Sequence record: OZ556245.1
Origin: a phage
Reading direction: 5' to 3' (one strand)
Length of the DNA: 64,000 nt
The notes under the pieces are model-generated. The model was not told the origin of the DNA. It was given only the letters and a program-made list of their open reading frames with translations, and ran no database searches. Shown here piece after piece: positions 49,972-59,854 of the stretch. Positions within the stretch are counted from its first letter, which is position 1, and every line of letters starts with the position of its first letter. Both the position numbers and the translations under genes were made by a program.

Positions 49972-51785
49972 CGGTGTTTAACCCTATGCATGATTTCTTT
50001 ATTTTTTCCAAGATTAAATCCGCGTTCATTCGGATTTCCCAAATAACCACAAGTTCTTCTTATTGTGTTCATCTTTTTAGGATCAGTTTCTCCACAAATA
50101 GAACAAACAAACCCGTTTTCAGTAGGAGTCATTTCATGGGTACTTCCGCATGTAAAACATTTATCTACTGGCATATTAACACCAAAATAATCTAAATGTT
50201 GTGCAGCATAATCCCATACAGCCTCAAGACCTTTTAGGTTATTTTTCATATCAGGAAGTTCAACATAAGAAATGTGACCACCTGTCGCAATGAAATGATA
50301 TGGGGCTTCGCGAGAAATCTTTTCAAACGGAGTAATATTTTCTTCTACTGAAACATGGAAACTATTAGTGTACCAGCCTTTATCAGTAACATCCTTTACA
50401 CTTCCATATTTCTCAGTATCAAGTTTACAGAAGCGATAGCACAGGTTTTCAGCAGGAGTAGAATACAAGCTAAAAGCAAAACCGGTTCTTTCAGTCCACT
50501 GCTTAAGACGAGCATTCATTTTAGTTAAAATTTCCTGTCCAATATCACGACCGACAAGAATATTCAATTCGTGAATACCAATGTATCCTAAGGACACTGA
50601 ACTTCTACCGTTTTTAAATAACTCAATTATGTCGTCATCAGGTTTAAGACGAACCCCAAATGCACCTTCTTGGTAAAGAATAGGAGCAACAGTCGCTTTA
50701 ACTCCTTTTAAGGAACTAATTCTACACATCAAAGCTTCAAAACACAAATCCATTCGTTCATTGAACAATTCAGCAAATTTCTGTTCATTGAACTGTGTTC
50801 CAATATAAGAATCTAACGCAATGCGAGGAAGATTCAGTGTTACAACGCCAAGATTATTACGTCCATCAAGAATTTCATTACCAGTCGAATCTTTCCATAC
50901 GCTCAAGAAACTACGGCAACCCATTGGAGAAACAGGAATAGATGAGCCGGTGATAACTTTATTGTTCTTAGCTGAAATAATATCAGGATACATTCTTTTG
51001 CTTGCACACTCTAAAGCAAGCTGCTTAATATCATAGTTCGGATCGTCCTTATAAAGATTAACACCTTCTTCAACGAACATAACAAGTTTAGGGAAAATAG
51101 GAGTTATCCCATCACGGCCAAGGCCTTTAATACGATTTTTCAGAATTGCTTTCTGAATCATTCGTTCAGTCCAGTCAGTTCCCGTACCAAATGTAATTGT
51201 TACAAAAGGCGTTTGTCCGTTTGAACTAAAGAGAGTATTTACTTCATATTCATAAGCTTGGAATGCATCGTATACGTCTTTTTCTGTTTTAGATTGGGCA
51301 TAATTCAATGCATCGGCGATTTGCCATTTTTCTGCATCCTCAATATGTTTTGCATAGGTGCGTTTAACATAAGGAGAAAGTACTTTATCTACATTCGCAA
51401 AAGTCGTTCCGCCATATTGATGAGAAGCAACCTGCGCAGTAATTTGTGCCATAATTGCAGTAGCAACGCCGATTGATTTAGGAGTTTCAATCTGCGCATT
51501 ACCGAGCTTAAATCCGTTCTCAAGCATTCCTTTTAAATCTACTAAACAGCAATTAGTAAATGGAAGAGCAGGGGAATAATCAATATCGTGGAAATGGATA
51601 ATTCCGCTTTCATGCGCTTTCATAATAAAAGACGGGACCATATTTTTGGCAATGTGTTTAGACACAATACCAGCCATAAGGTCCCGTTGAGTTGGAAAAA
51701 CACGAGAATCTTTATTAGCATTCTCGTTTAAAAGGTCTTTATTAGTTTTATGAATCAATCCTTCAATTTCTTTTTCAATTGTCAT
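49968..51785 (-). CDS. nrdD: Anaerobic ribonucleotide reductase NrdD, intron-less
   Basis: 605 aa continuous; glycyl-radical motif RRTCGYLGN; C-terminal zinc ribbon CFTCGS...CSICGE. Confidence 0.9.
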   Translation of the reverse strand: MTIEKEIEGLIHKTNKDLLNENANKDSRVFPTQRDLMAGIVSKHIAKNMVPSFIMKAHESGIIHFHDIDYSPALPFTNCCLVDLKGMLENGFKLGNAQIETPKSIGVATAIMAQITAQVASHQYGGTTFANVDKVLSPYVKRTYAKHIEDAEKWQIADALNYAQSKTEKDVYDAFQAYEYEVNTLFSSNGQTPFVTITFGTGTDWTERMIQKAILKNRIKGLGRDGITPIFPKLVMFVEEGVNLYKDDPNYDIKQLALECASKRMYPDIISAKNNKVITGSSIPVSPMGCRSFLSVWKDSTGNEILDGRNNLGVVTLNLPRIALDSYIGTQFNEQKFAELFNERMDLCFEALMCRISSLKGVKATVAPILYQEGAFGVRLKPDDDIIELFKNGRSSVSLGYIGIHELNILVGRDIGQEILTKMNARLKQWTERTGFAFSLYSTPAENLCYRFCKLDTEKYGSVKDVTDKGWYTNSFHVSVEENITPFEKISREAPYHFIATGGHISYVELPDMKNNLKGLEAVWDYAAQHLDYFGVNMPVDKCFTCGSTHEMTPTENGFVCSICGETDPKKMNTIRRTCGYLGNPNERGFNLGKNKEIMHRVKHR

Positions 51786-52255
51786 TTTAAACTCTTTCTA
51801 AGCTGCTTCTTAAATGAAGCTATTAATTGTGTTTTAGTGTCAGATTCATTATATTCAAATCCTCTTTGAAGCATCTCAGCCATCATTTCCTCTTTTCCCA
51901 AACGAGAAAATTCCTTTGATTTATCTCCAACGAAGTTAGGGTGAATATTATTTTGGGTGTAATCGGATTTTAAATAAGTAAGTAAATTTTCTAACCATTC
52001 AAGATAATCAACGCCTTGCCCCTTTAAGCCAGAACGATTAAATTTGTGTTTCATTTGACCTTCCGCTGCATTGCAAAGATTACAGAGCAATCCACGTACC
52101 TTTCCTGCTTTTGGTCCATTTAATTCATGGTCATGGTCAAGGTGATTAGCTTGAACATCAGGATTTAGTTCTCGTTGGCAAATTAAGCATTTACCGTTTT
52201 GTGCGTTATAAAATTTCTGTTTTTCTTCTTTATATAATTTGCCAGTCAATAACAT
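51782..52255 (-). CDS. 49: Endonuclease VII gp49 (Holliday junction resolvase)
   Basis: 157 aa; zinc/H-N-H region CLICQRELN...DHDHELNG. Confidence 0.85.
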   Translation of the reverse strand: MLLTGKLYKEEKQKFYNAQNGKCLICQRELNPDVQANHLDHDHELNGPKAGKVRGLLCNLCNAAEGQMKHKFNRSGLKGQGVDYLEWLENLLTYLKSDYTQNNIHPNFVGDKSKEFSRLGKEEMMAEMLQRGFEYNESDTKTQLIASFKKQLRKSLK

Positions 52256-52296
52256 AATAAACCCTTACCTTAAATAGATAAGGGTATTTATTATTT

Positions 52297-52782
52297 TCAA
52301 GTATTGTAAAACATTTGATGCAATCGCTTATATTGCCGAATCTTTTGGTCAGAAAAAGAAATTTGAGTTTCAAGCCATTCAATATATTCTGCTGCAGCTT
52401 GCATCAAATTTCCTTCATAACCATCATTATTTTCTTGTGCAGCTAATTTAGCTAATGCATATGAAATACGTTCACCTTGAAAAGCGGCTTTAGGTTTATG
52501 AAGAGCTTGATCAACTCGTTCTACAACTTCTTCAATTTCGCCATTTTCCGCTGATTCAGTATTCCACAAGCACCAATACGTAATTGGCTTATCATAGATG
52601 TTAATAATCTTTCCATCAGAAAGTTCAATTTCAATAATTCCAGTATCAGGTTCTATATCATCTTCGCATTCTTTTGCAAGTTCACGAACTTTAAAGACAG
52701 TACCTGCACTAAGTTCCGGCCAGTAATTACACAGCCCTTTATCAGCACGATTAATTCTAAACCACTTATCTACTGCAATCAT
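52297..52782 (-). CDS. pin: Pin-like protein (inhibitor of host Lon protease)
   Basis: Trimmed to ATG at 52782 giving 161 aa, T4 Pin length; position after gene 49. Confidence 0.5.
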   Translation of the reverse strand: MIAVDKWFRINRADKGLCNYWPELSAGTVFKVRELAKECEDDIEPDTGIIEIELSDGKIINIYDKPITYWCLWNTESAENGEIEEVVERVDQALHKPKAAFQGERISYALAKLAAQENNDGYEGNLMQAAAEYIEWLETQISFSDQKIRQYKRLHQMFYNT

Positions 52783-52905
52783 GTCCCATCTCCATATCAA
52801 TTAAGTCGTTTATCGTCGGTTCATTATATACTGTTTCTTCATCAGTGTAAACCGGTTCTTCCGGCTCTGGCTCTACTGTTTCCCATCTAGCCGCCCACCA
52901 AGGTT

Positions 52906-53226
52906 TTATAGCGTAATCCATTCTCGTACTGTCTGAGTTACTACACGTTCACGGGGCTCGACTAGTTCAACAGTCGGAACTGCATAATACCAGTCAGAAT
53001 GGTAAGAACCTGAGCGAGTTTCATTTACAGACACATGAACGTTATGTTTTGGACTAAAATAAACACACTGACGATAATGGCATTTACCATCTTGTACCCA
53101 ATCTTCTATTTCGATAGGTTTAAGATAATCCGAAAAATCGAAATCATAATTTTCTGAAAATGCATCATGGTCTTCGATGATTTCACTCAGAACTGCATCA
53201 ACATCTAATTTATTTTCAATAGTCAT
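52906..53226 (-). CDS. Hypothetical protein
   Basis: 106-aa ORF. Confidence 0.35.
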   Translation of the reverse strand: MTIENKLDVDAVLSEIIEDHDAFSENYDFDFSDYLKPIEIEDWVQDGKCHYRQCVYFSPKHNVHVSVNETRSGSYHSDWYYAVPTVELVEPRERVVTQTVREWITL

Positions 53227-53236
53227 TTTTCACCAA

Positions 53237-53446
53237 TTAATTTCGCAATTTATTAAGTTCTTCATAATCAATCCAGGATTCTAGTCCTGATGGCAAATCA
53301 GATTCAATTTCCCAAAGAAGTTCTTCAATTTTCTGAAGACGATCTAATTCTTCAGCAGGAATAGTAACCATTGACGGAGTTCTTGATACGCTAATATCGT
53401 AAATCATATTTACCCCAGTTTGACCATACAATCGCCATATTTCCAT
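53237..53446 (-). CDS. Hypothetical protein
   Basis: 69-aa ORF. Confidence 0.35.
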   Translation of the reverse strand: MEIWRLYGQTGVNMIYDISVSRTPSMVTIPAEELDRLQKIEELLWEIESDLPSGLESWIDYEELNKLRN

Positions 53447-53625
53447 TTAGAAATAGACTTTTCACCATTAGAATAATAAACTTCAAGTTTAGCACGATTA
53501 TTTTTAATTTGAATAACCTTTGCTGTCATCAAAGTTCCATACCCATAATAAACTGCAACCTCATCACCTACATATACCGCGCTTCCGCGGTAGTCATGGA
53601 TATAATCAGTTCCTTCGAGCATCAT
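53410..53625 (-). CDS. Hypothetical protein
   Basis: 71-aa ORF. Confidence 0.35.
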   Translation of the reverse strand: MMLEGTDYIHDYRGSAVYVGDEVAVYYGYGTLMTAKVIQIKNNRAKLEVYYSNGEKSISKWKYGDCMVKLG

Positions 53626-53885
53626 TTAAAGTATTCCCGCAATTGGTCAAATCCACCAATATGACTTCCATCAGGAGCAAATACTTGCGGCATTGTCAAA
53701 CCAATTTGAGTATCACGACCTAGTTTCGTCAGAAGCTCAGCGATTTTCTCATCATCAAAAACACCTTTTTCCGGCATAATGTTGATAAATTCAAACGGCT
53801 GTTTCTTCACAGTCAAAAGACGTTTTGCATTATCACAATACACGCATTTATGGATACTGCTATCATAACCATATACTTTAAACAT
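53622..53885 (-). CDS. nrdC: Thioredoxin/glutaredoxin NrdC
   Basis: 87 aa [24 protein letters not shown]..., recognised as T4 thioredoxin; CVYC motif. Confidence 0.9.
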   Translation of the reverse strand: MFKVYGYDSSIHKCVYCDNAKRLLTVKKQPFEFINIMPEKGVFDDEKIAELLTKLGRDTQIGLTMPQVFAPDGSHIGGFDQLREYFK

Positions 53886-54129
53886 AATATTCCTTAATTC
53901 CTAGTACTTGTTTAAAAGTCTCGTCGTAATCAAGACTTTGGCCCGTTTGTTCTTTATGTTTGTATATAATATCACTTACTTCTGATAGCATATTTTTATA
54001 TGAACGAGTTAAAGCAGATTTAAGCACGCTGTATCTATCAGGAAATTTACCATGTTCATAATAATAAGCTATTGCTAATTCACGGACTGCCTTTTCAGCA
54101 GTCTCCATATATTCTTTACGCTTTGTCAT
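53878..54129 (-). CDS. Hypothetical protein (nrdC.1-like)
   Basis: 83-aa ORF. Confidence 0.4.
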   Translation of the reverse strand: MTKRKEYMETAEKAVRELAIAYYYEHGKFPDRYSVLKSALTRSYKNMLSEVSDIIYKHKEQTGQSLDYDETFKQVLGIKEYYV

Positions 54130-54433
54130 TTTCTTCTCGGTTAAATCGGTGTTTGCAATGACGGCATTTATAACGAAGATTACTAGTCTGCCAATGGACT
54201 AATTGAACCTGTTCAGTACCGCATTCAGGACAATTAGGAACGCTTTTAGAAGCCCTTTCGCGACGTTCAACCATAGCCATAATGGCATCCCAAGCTGGAG
54301 GTTTAAAATCTAAATCATCGCAACCATGAATCTTTCCACACATTTCCAGATCGTCTTCTTCACCAGCCATAATAATTTTAATTAGACTGGAATTACTTGA
54401 AGCTGCAATATCTTCTAATAAGCGCTTTTTCAT
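54116..54433 (-). CDS. Hypothetical zinc-ribbon protein
   Basis: 105 aa with CPECG...CRHCKHRF. Confidence 0.4.
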   Translation of the reverse strand: MKKRLLEDIAASSNSSLIKIIMAGEEDDLEMCGKIHGCDDLDFKPPAWDAIMAMVERRERASKSVPNCPECGTEQVQLVHWQTSNLRYKCRHCKHRFNREENDKA

Positions 54434-55359
54434 TTCAATACCTCAATAGCATTACGTAAACCATTTGCTTTTGCATTAAGAGCTTTTAACAATTTGGTGT
54501 GTTCGGCAATCTGGGCTTCAACTTCAATTAAACGAGCATTGAGATATTCACGTTCTTCGCTCAGGTTATCAACCTTTTCTACTTTAGGTTCTTTTACAGC
54601 TGTCTTATATGTATTAGGGTTCTTCAGTTTAATTAGAATGCGTGAACTGTATAACATTGAACCATTATCTTCGGTTTCGTCATACATTTCTACTACGTCC
54701 ATGATTTTTAACATCATGCGGAGTTTATAAGACAACGAACGAATAGTTTTGTTGTGCTTATTAATTTCTCTAGAGTTCATGGTGCCGAGATTACGTGAGT
54801 AATAATAAGGAACCTGGATATTAATTAGCACTGATGAACCACCTGGCTTATGTGTTACTTCATCAGCAATAACCCAGTCCTTAACATGAACTGTATTTGT
54901 ACGGTCATCACCAGCAGTAAATAGTTTGCGAGCATGCTTAAAAAGCATATTCACTTGGGTATTGAATTGACAAGCAAATTTATCAGCAAATTTAGTTTCA
55001 GGAATGGTAGATAACCAATCAGCCAAATGGGTCTTTTTAACATCGTTAACAATAGTAAATTCAACCAAATCGGTTATAGATGTCGTAGATTTAATGAAGC
55101 TCGGCTTCATAAAGTTTTTAATGTTATCGCGAGCTACAGTAGAAGATAACATACGAGAACGTTTAAACCATTCAAGCAAATTGCCTAACGAATGAGAATA
55201 AGCGTTTTGAGTATCTTTACAGATATGATTTTCCTGGCCAACATATTGAAGGAAATCACGAAGAATATTATTGATTACTGCTCTGTGTCCGATATTATAA
55301 TTACGGTGTTTAGTAATAAGGCTGTCAAAATAATCAATATAATGTTTACGAGTTTTCAT
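54430..55359 (-). CDS. Coiled-coil paralog family member 1
   Basis: 309 aa; C-terminal heptad-rich tail; shares ...FKHARKLF... block with members 2-4. Confidence 0.45.
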   Translation of the reverse strand: MKTRKHYIDYFDSLITKHRNYNIGHRAVINNILRDFLQYVGQENHICKDTQNAYSHSLGNLLEWFKRSRMLSSTVARDNIKNFMKPSFIKSTTSITDLVEFTIVNDVKKTHLADWLSTIPETKFADKFACQFNTQVNMLFKHARKLFTAGDDRTNTVHVKDWVIADEVTHKPGGSSVLINIQVPYYYSRNLGTMNSREINKHNKTIRSLSYKLRMMLKIMDVVEMYDETEDNGSMLYSSRILIKLKNPNTYKTAVKEPKVEKVDNLSEEREYLNARLIEVEAQIAEHTKLLKALNAKANGLRNAIEVLK

Positions 55360-55411
55360 GTTCTTCTCACTTGGTTAATGATTTATACTCCGAGCCATCC
55401 TTGGCTTTAAA

Positions 55412-56413
55412 TTACTTAATTAACTGTAAAGCTTGTTCAAGACGATCCAGGCGATTAACAGATTCTTCCCAAATCCTTTTAGCTTGCTCATATTCTTTCT
55501 GCGCTTTATTAGAAATTTCTAGAACTTCTTTATAAGCTTTTTCTAATGCAATAACTTCTGGACGAATTTCTACCGGTTCAGGTGAATCGTCAAGACATTC
55601 CATTAGTTTCTCAAGGGTAGTTTCTTCTTTAGGAGTATTCACAATTTCTTCACATTTTTGTTGATAAATTTCTTTATCAGTCGGTGAGTACGCACACTTT
55701 ACTTCACGGAGACTAACTACAATTTTATATCCTTCCCAACCGCATATATTCTTAAAAGGATAAGTATGAATATTTTCTACTGTTTCCATACAAAGTAATG
55801 CGGTCTCTAACTGACGAGTTATATCGCTAGCAATTGAGAAAAATTTATTAATGTTCTTTTGATTAGCTTCTGGTGTAAAAAATTCATAATTCACAAAAAT
55901 AGCTGCTTTATTTTTATCAAGTTCATATTCTTTTATGATAATCATATCAGAAGCCCAAGGATGAATTTGACGATAATCGCCATAGCATAATTTAGAAGCT
56001 GATTTTAGAATTTGCTTTTTGAAAAGTCTGAAATTACTAATCCAACGACGAGTAAAAATATTCTCAGGGTCTTCTTTATTATTAAGATGATATGAATTAA
56101 CATCACCGAACCAATTATATCCTACTACATCTTTAGTTCGTTTAATTTCTTTCCCAAATTTACCGAGAATATCTTGGTTAACTAAATATGAAAGAAGACG
56201 AGAACCTTTGAAGGTTTCCTTAATATCATCTTTATATTCGCGACTAGAAATTTTATGAACTTCATGAATAAATTTGTTGGAAGAGACAATACTTGCATCA
56301 GTATTATTGAGCCATTGATTGATAATGGAAATAACACTATTCTGACTAGACACAGGTTTAACTTTATCATCAATAACGCTATTGAATGATTTGATATATT
56401 CGTTACGAGTCAT
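55412..56413 (-). CDS. Coiled-coil paralog family member 2
   Basis: Trimmed to the ATG (MTRNEYIK...) downstream of the promoter at 56442-56471; block FTRRWISNFRLFKKQILKSASKL. Confidence 0.45.
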   Translation of the reverse strand: MTRNEYIKSFNSVIDDKVKPVSSQNSVISIINQWLNNTDASIVSSNKFIHEVHKISSREYKDDIKETFKGSRLLSYLVNQDILGKFGKEIKRTKDVVGYNWFGDVNSYHLNNKEDPENIFTRRWISNFRLFKKQILKSASKLCYGDYRQIHPWASDMIIIKEYELDKNKAAIFVNYEFFTPEANQKNINKFFSIASDITRQLETALLCMETVENIHTYPFKNICGWEGYKIVVSLREVKCAYSPTDKEIYQQKCEEIVNTPKEETTLEKLMECLDDSPEPVEIRPEVIALEKAYKEVLEISNKAQKEYEQAKRIWEESVNRLDRLEQALQLIK

Positions 56414-56441
56414 ATTAATCTCCTCAGTAGAAAGTAAGAAC

Positions 56442-56471
56442 ATTATACCACATCCTTGTGGCAAAGTAAAC
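56442..56471 (-). promoter_or_regulatory. T4-type early promoter overlapping the upstream stop codon
   Basis: Near-identical to the promoter at 12542-12571 (attataccacatccttgtggNaaagtaaact). Confidence 0.55.
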
Positions 56472-57493
56472 TAGTTTAGTGCATTTAGTGCATTGTTCAG
56501 TTTAGAACGTTGCTTCGTAAGATTTTTGACTTTTTCTTGAGCTTTTTCTAGCATCTTTTCAGCTTCTAACACTTCATTAGTTGCTTTAACGAGTTCATCA
56601 TCTACTGCCTTGATAGACTTCTCAATCGCATCCGCATGCCATTTTTCAACAGGTTTAAGACTCGGATTTTCAACAGGAAGAAAATTCACTTTATTGAATT
56701 TCCATGCATCTTTATTACTTGAACTATACATCCAAAATTTAGGATCGTTTGATGAGTAATTGGATAAATTTAAGTTATCTTGCACTTCCTGCTTTTTCTC
56801 TTGTGGGACTTCGTCCTTTCTCAAAAAATCGTATTTAAATGAAACGATCATATCAAGTTCATACGTTGTTGTATGTTCCCAATTTCGCTCAAAATGAGGT
56901 AAAATCTTAGACTGAACAGCGGCAACAACATCCATATACTTAAATGCTTCTGTCAACTGTGATTTAAGGCATTCGCAAATTGAAAGAGAATTTTTTGTAT
57001 TAGGTTTAAAGCTAATTCGCGCAGTTCTGTTATTTTCTTTTAATGGTCTTACTTCCATCTGAAGAGTATAATCATCAAATTTCAGATTCTTTAAGTTAAT
57101 ATCAGAACCTTTTAATCGACTCGCAATTGATAAAATTTGTTTTAATTGTTTACGGAATAGAGCAATAAATCTCCATTCAATACGATAATGATTTGGATTG
57201 AAAAATCCAGATGATAAATCGACCTTACTTTGACCAACGCCTTGAACAAATAGAGGATTTTTATAATCAATAGTTTTACAGAAATCGGTGAGCTGCTCAC
57301 GAGCAGTCATTTGTGTAATATATCCTGCTTGGTTAAAATTGCGCACCCATTCACTGCTGTTCAGATGTTTAAAGGCATGAATGGAACAATTAACTTTACC
57401 AAGGTCTAAATTATTTTCACACAAAAACGTCATAGCATCACGAGTATAGCTGGCATTACGAACCATATCTTCAATTTGAGAACGAGTTTTCAT
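56471..57493 (-). CDS. Coiled-coil paralog family member 3
   Basis: 340 aa; block YRIEWRFIALFRKQLKQILSIASRL; C-terminal coiled coil. Confidence 0.45.
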   Translation of the reverse strand: MKTRSQIEDMVRNASYTRDAMTFLCENNLDLGKVNCSIHAFKHLNSSEWVRNFNQAGYITQMTAREQLTDFCKTIDYKNPLFVQGVGQSKVDLSSGFFNPNHYRIEWRFIALFRKQLKQILSIASRLKGSDINLKNLKFDDYTLQMEVRPLKENNRTARISFKPNTKNSLSICECLKSQLTEAFKYMDVVAAVQSKILPHFERNWEHTTTYELDMIVSFKYDFLRKDEVPQEKKQEVQDNLNLSNYSSNDPKFWMYSSSNKDAWKFNKVNFLPVENPSLKPVEKWHADAIEKSIKAVDDELVKATNEVLEAEKMLEKAQEKVKNLTKQRSKLNNALNALN

Positions 57494-57501
57494 GGTGTTC
57501 C

Positions 57502-58392
57502 TTAAGATTTAAGTAAATCGACAATTTTAATTAACTTTTCACGCTCAGATTTAGCTTTACTACTCAGTCCAGATAGTCTGAAAATTTCATCATCATATTG
57601 TTGAATAGAAATATTCAGCTCTTCAATTTGCTTATTAAAATAATCAATTTGTTCAGAATGTTTTTCGTTACTACGAACTGGTACAGGTTTCGTAGGCAAT
57701 GTAGTTGAACTGGATTCATCCGGGCGGTAAATTAAAATACAACTTGAACCAATAGGGCATTTTGCACCAGATGAATATTCTAATGTTCCAGATTCTTTTA
57801 AAACTTCAAAAGCTAAACAGAGATGATGCCCCATATTAATATAATCTGTAGAGCGAGCTCTGATGTAATAATCATCGCCACGAATACTAAATTTAAAGCA
57901 TTTAAGGTCTTCTGTATTATTGGTCTTAAAAATCATTTGTTTATCTAGACCTTTAGCTAATCGAGCGCCTAATGCTAATAATCGTCTTTGATTTTCCCAC
58001 AAATCCGCAATCATTTGATCGAATGATAATTTTGGCATCAGTCGACCATAAAGGTCATATCCTTTATTATAATTACGAAGGATTTCATTCGCGTTAATAC
58101 GAGACAATGCTCCAATTTTATTAAGGGCTTTCATAATGCGATTAGATAAACTCATTCCAGATCCGTTTGTTCGCTGCAAATGTTTTTCTAATCCAAATCC
58201 AATATCAACTTTAAACTTATCTAAAATTTCTGCATGAACATCTCTGTCGATAACATTCAAATCCAAAGTTGAGTTAAATCTATGAAAAAATTTATCTGGC
58301 TCTGCACTGCGAAATACAGTCCATTCATTCATCATTTTTTTATTAACTAAAGATTTAATTACTGCATTGACATTATTAATTACTACTGACAT
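57502..58392 (-). CDS. Coiled-coil paralog family member 4
   Basis: ORF-track start is TTG; ATG at 58392 with RBS GAGG; block LWENQRRLLALGARLAKG. Confidence 0.4.
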   Translation of the reverse strand: MSVVINNVNAVIKSLVNKKMMNEWTVFRSAEPDKFFHRFNSTLDLNVIDRDVHAEILDKFKVDIGFGLEKHLQRTNGSGMSLSNRIMKALNKIGALSRINANEILRNYNKGYDLYGRLMPKLSFDQMIADLWENQRRLLALGARLAKGLDKQMIFKTNNTEDLKCFKFSIRGDDYYIRARSTDYINMGHHLCLAFEVLKESGTLEYSSGAKCPIGSSCILIYRPDESSSTTLPTKPVPVRSNEKHSEQIDYFNKQIEELNISIQQYDDEIFRLSGLSSKAKSEREKLIKIVDLLKS

Positions 58393-58399
58393 ATTTTCC

Positions 58400-58807
58400 T
58401 CACTCAATTTCAATTTTACTAAATATACAGAATAAGATGGAACAGACTATATAAGCACCACACACAGATTGAACTAATACCATTCCAAAGAACCAAACAA
58501 TATTATCAAACAATGTCTGTTTTACGTCGAAAGGACGTAAACTTACAGTAATATTATCACCTTTTTCTATTGAAGAATACATCTCTGGGGAAATATATTC
58601 ACTAAATCTATAACCGTCTTTTAGTTCATATACGGCAATAAACGATAAACTAGACCCTTTTCCTTGTGTTCCTGTAATGGTATTAACTACAGTAACATCA
58701 TAATCTTTATAATGCATATAATCATTAATTGCGTAATAACCATATGCAATTACTACACATAAACAACATATCAATAAATTCAATCTTTTAATTATCAACT
58801 GTTTCAT
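58400..58807 (-). CDS. Membrane protein
   Basis: 135 aa with N- and C-terminal hydrophobic helices. Confidence 0.4.
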   Translation of the reverse strand: MKQLIIKRLNLLICCLCVVIAYGYYAINDYMHYKDYDVTVVNTITGTQGKGSSLSFIAVYELKDGYRFSEYISPEMYSSIEKGDNITVSLRPFDVKQTLFDNIVWFFGMVLVQSVCGAYIVCSILFCIFSKIEIE

Positions 58808-58862
58808 AATAATCTCAATTAAAAGGGCTTAGAACCATTATACCATCCTTGGTATAAAGCGG

Positions 58863-59390
58863 TTATGCGAGTACCGTCTTTAACCGTTCTTCAAACTTCC
58901 GAAGAGTATTTTGGCGTTCAGCTCTTTGCTTTTTGTAAGTTTCAATACGCTCTGAAATGAGAGAGTATCGTTCATTTACTGATTCTTTCATAAAATCAGG
59001 AATTTCACGAGAAGCTTTAATCTCGTCAAATTTATCAATAACAGCCTGCTCTTCAGCAATTAAGTTATCATACATTAAAATATCTTTCTTGATGAACTCA
59101 ATATCTTCTTGAGTTACACGAGATAATTTAGATGCTTTATCCTTTTTGTACTGTTCGTTAGTATCACGAGACCAGTGTAATGTACGATTTTTATTCGTAT
59201 TTTTGTAAATTTCTACAATACCGATCTCATCGATAATAACGATCCAATTCCAACGGGATTTGTAAATTTGTCCTCCATCAACAGTGATTTCACCTCCAAT
59301 TGAGATGTCATTAAAGAACTTGCTTTGCGCTTCAGATTTAAATTTACCATCGTTGTAATTTACCAAGTTGAAAATATCTTTAGCGTTCAT
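58863..59390 (-). CDS. Hypothetical protein with C-terminal coiled coil
   Basis: 175 aa; first gene after the early promoter at 59419-59448. Confidence 0.4.
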   Translation of the reverse strand: MNAKDIFNLVNYNDGKFKSEAQSKFFNDISIGGEITVDGGQIYKSRWNWIVIIDEIGIVEIYKNTNKNRTLHWSRDTNEQYKKDKASKLSRVTQEDIEFIKKDILMYDNLIAEEQAVIDKFDEIKASREIPDFMKESVNERYSLISERIETYKKQRAERQNTLRKFEERLKTVLA

Positions 59391-59418
59391 TTTGTGTTCC
59401 TCCGTAGTTGATAGTTGT

Positions 59419-59448
59419 ATAGTACCACAGAGGAACAGTCTTGTAAAC
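59419..59448 (-). promoter_or_regulatory. T4-type early promoter
   Basis: Minus strand GTTTACA - spacer - TACTATAC; cassette shared with 7559-7589. Confidence 0.55.
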
Positions 59449-59450
59449 CA

Positions 59451-59765
59451 CTAAAAGAAACTTCTTTCACATTTTTTTCCACTGAACCATGCACTTACCG
59501 CTTTCTTGGTCTCAGGAGCAGTGTTATCCATAAACCATTCAAAGGCAGCCTTTTTATGATTCTGGAGGGCTTCTCGGGCTTTAATCTGCTCACGGTCTAT
59601 TAACACTAACATATGAGCCTTTCTTGTCACCATGGGCTTCTTATGATTTTTTGAATACTCCCAGTCATTTGTCCATCGCATTGTCGTTGCGAACTGAAAT
59701 ACTGCTTCTTTAATTTTAGTTTCGTAAATTTCACGAGCCTTTGAGTATAACATCACTACCTCCAT
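59451..59765 (-). CDS. Hypothetical protein
   Basis: 104-aa ORF. Confidence 0.35.
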   Translation of the reverse strand: MEVVMLYSKAREIYETKIKEAVFQFATTMRWTNDWEYSKNHKKPMVTRKAHMLVLIDREQIKAREALQNHKKAAFEWFMDNTAPETKKAVSAWFSGKKCERSFF

Positions 59766-59854
59766 TCACCAGTTTAATTCTAGTCATCTTTTTAATGGCA
59801 GTCCATATAATCTATTTCTGAACTGCCTTTTTGTCATAGAAGTCCTCTTATGAA

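Noticed and set aside
49968-51785. Group I intron or homing endonuclease in nrdD, as in T4
   Set aside because: nrdD is one uninterrupted 605-codon frame with glycyl-radical and zinc-ribbon motifs in register; no inserted ORF.
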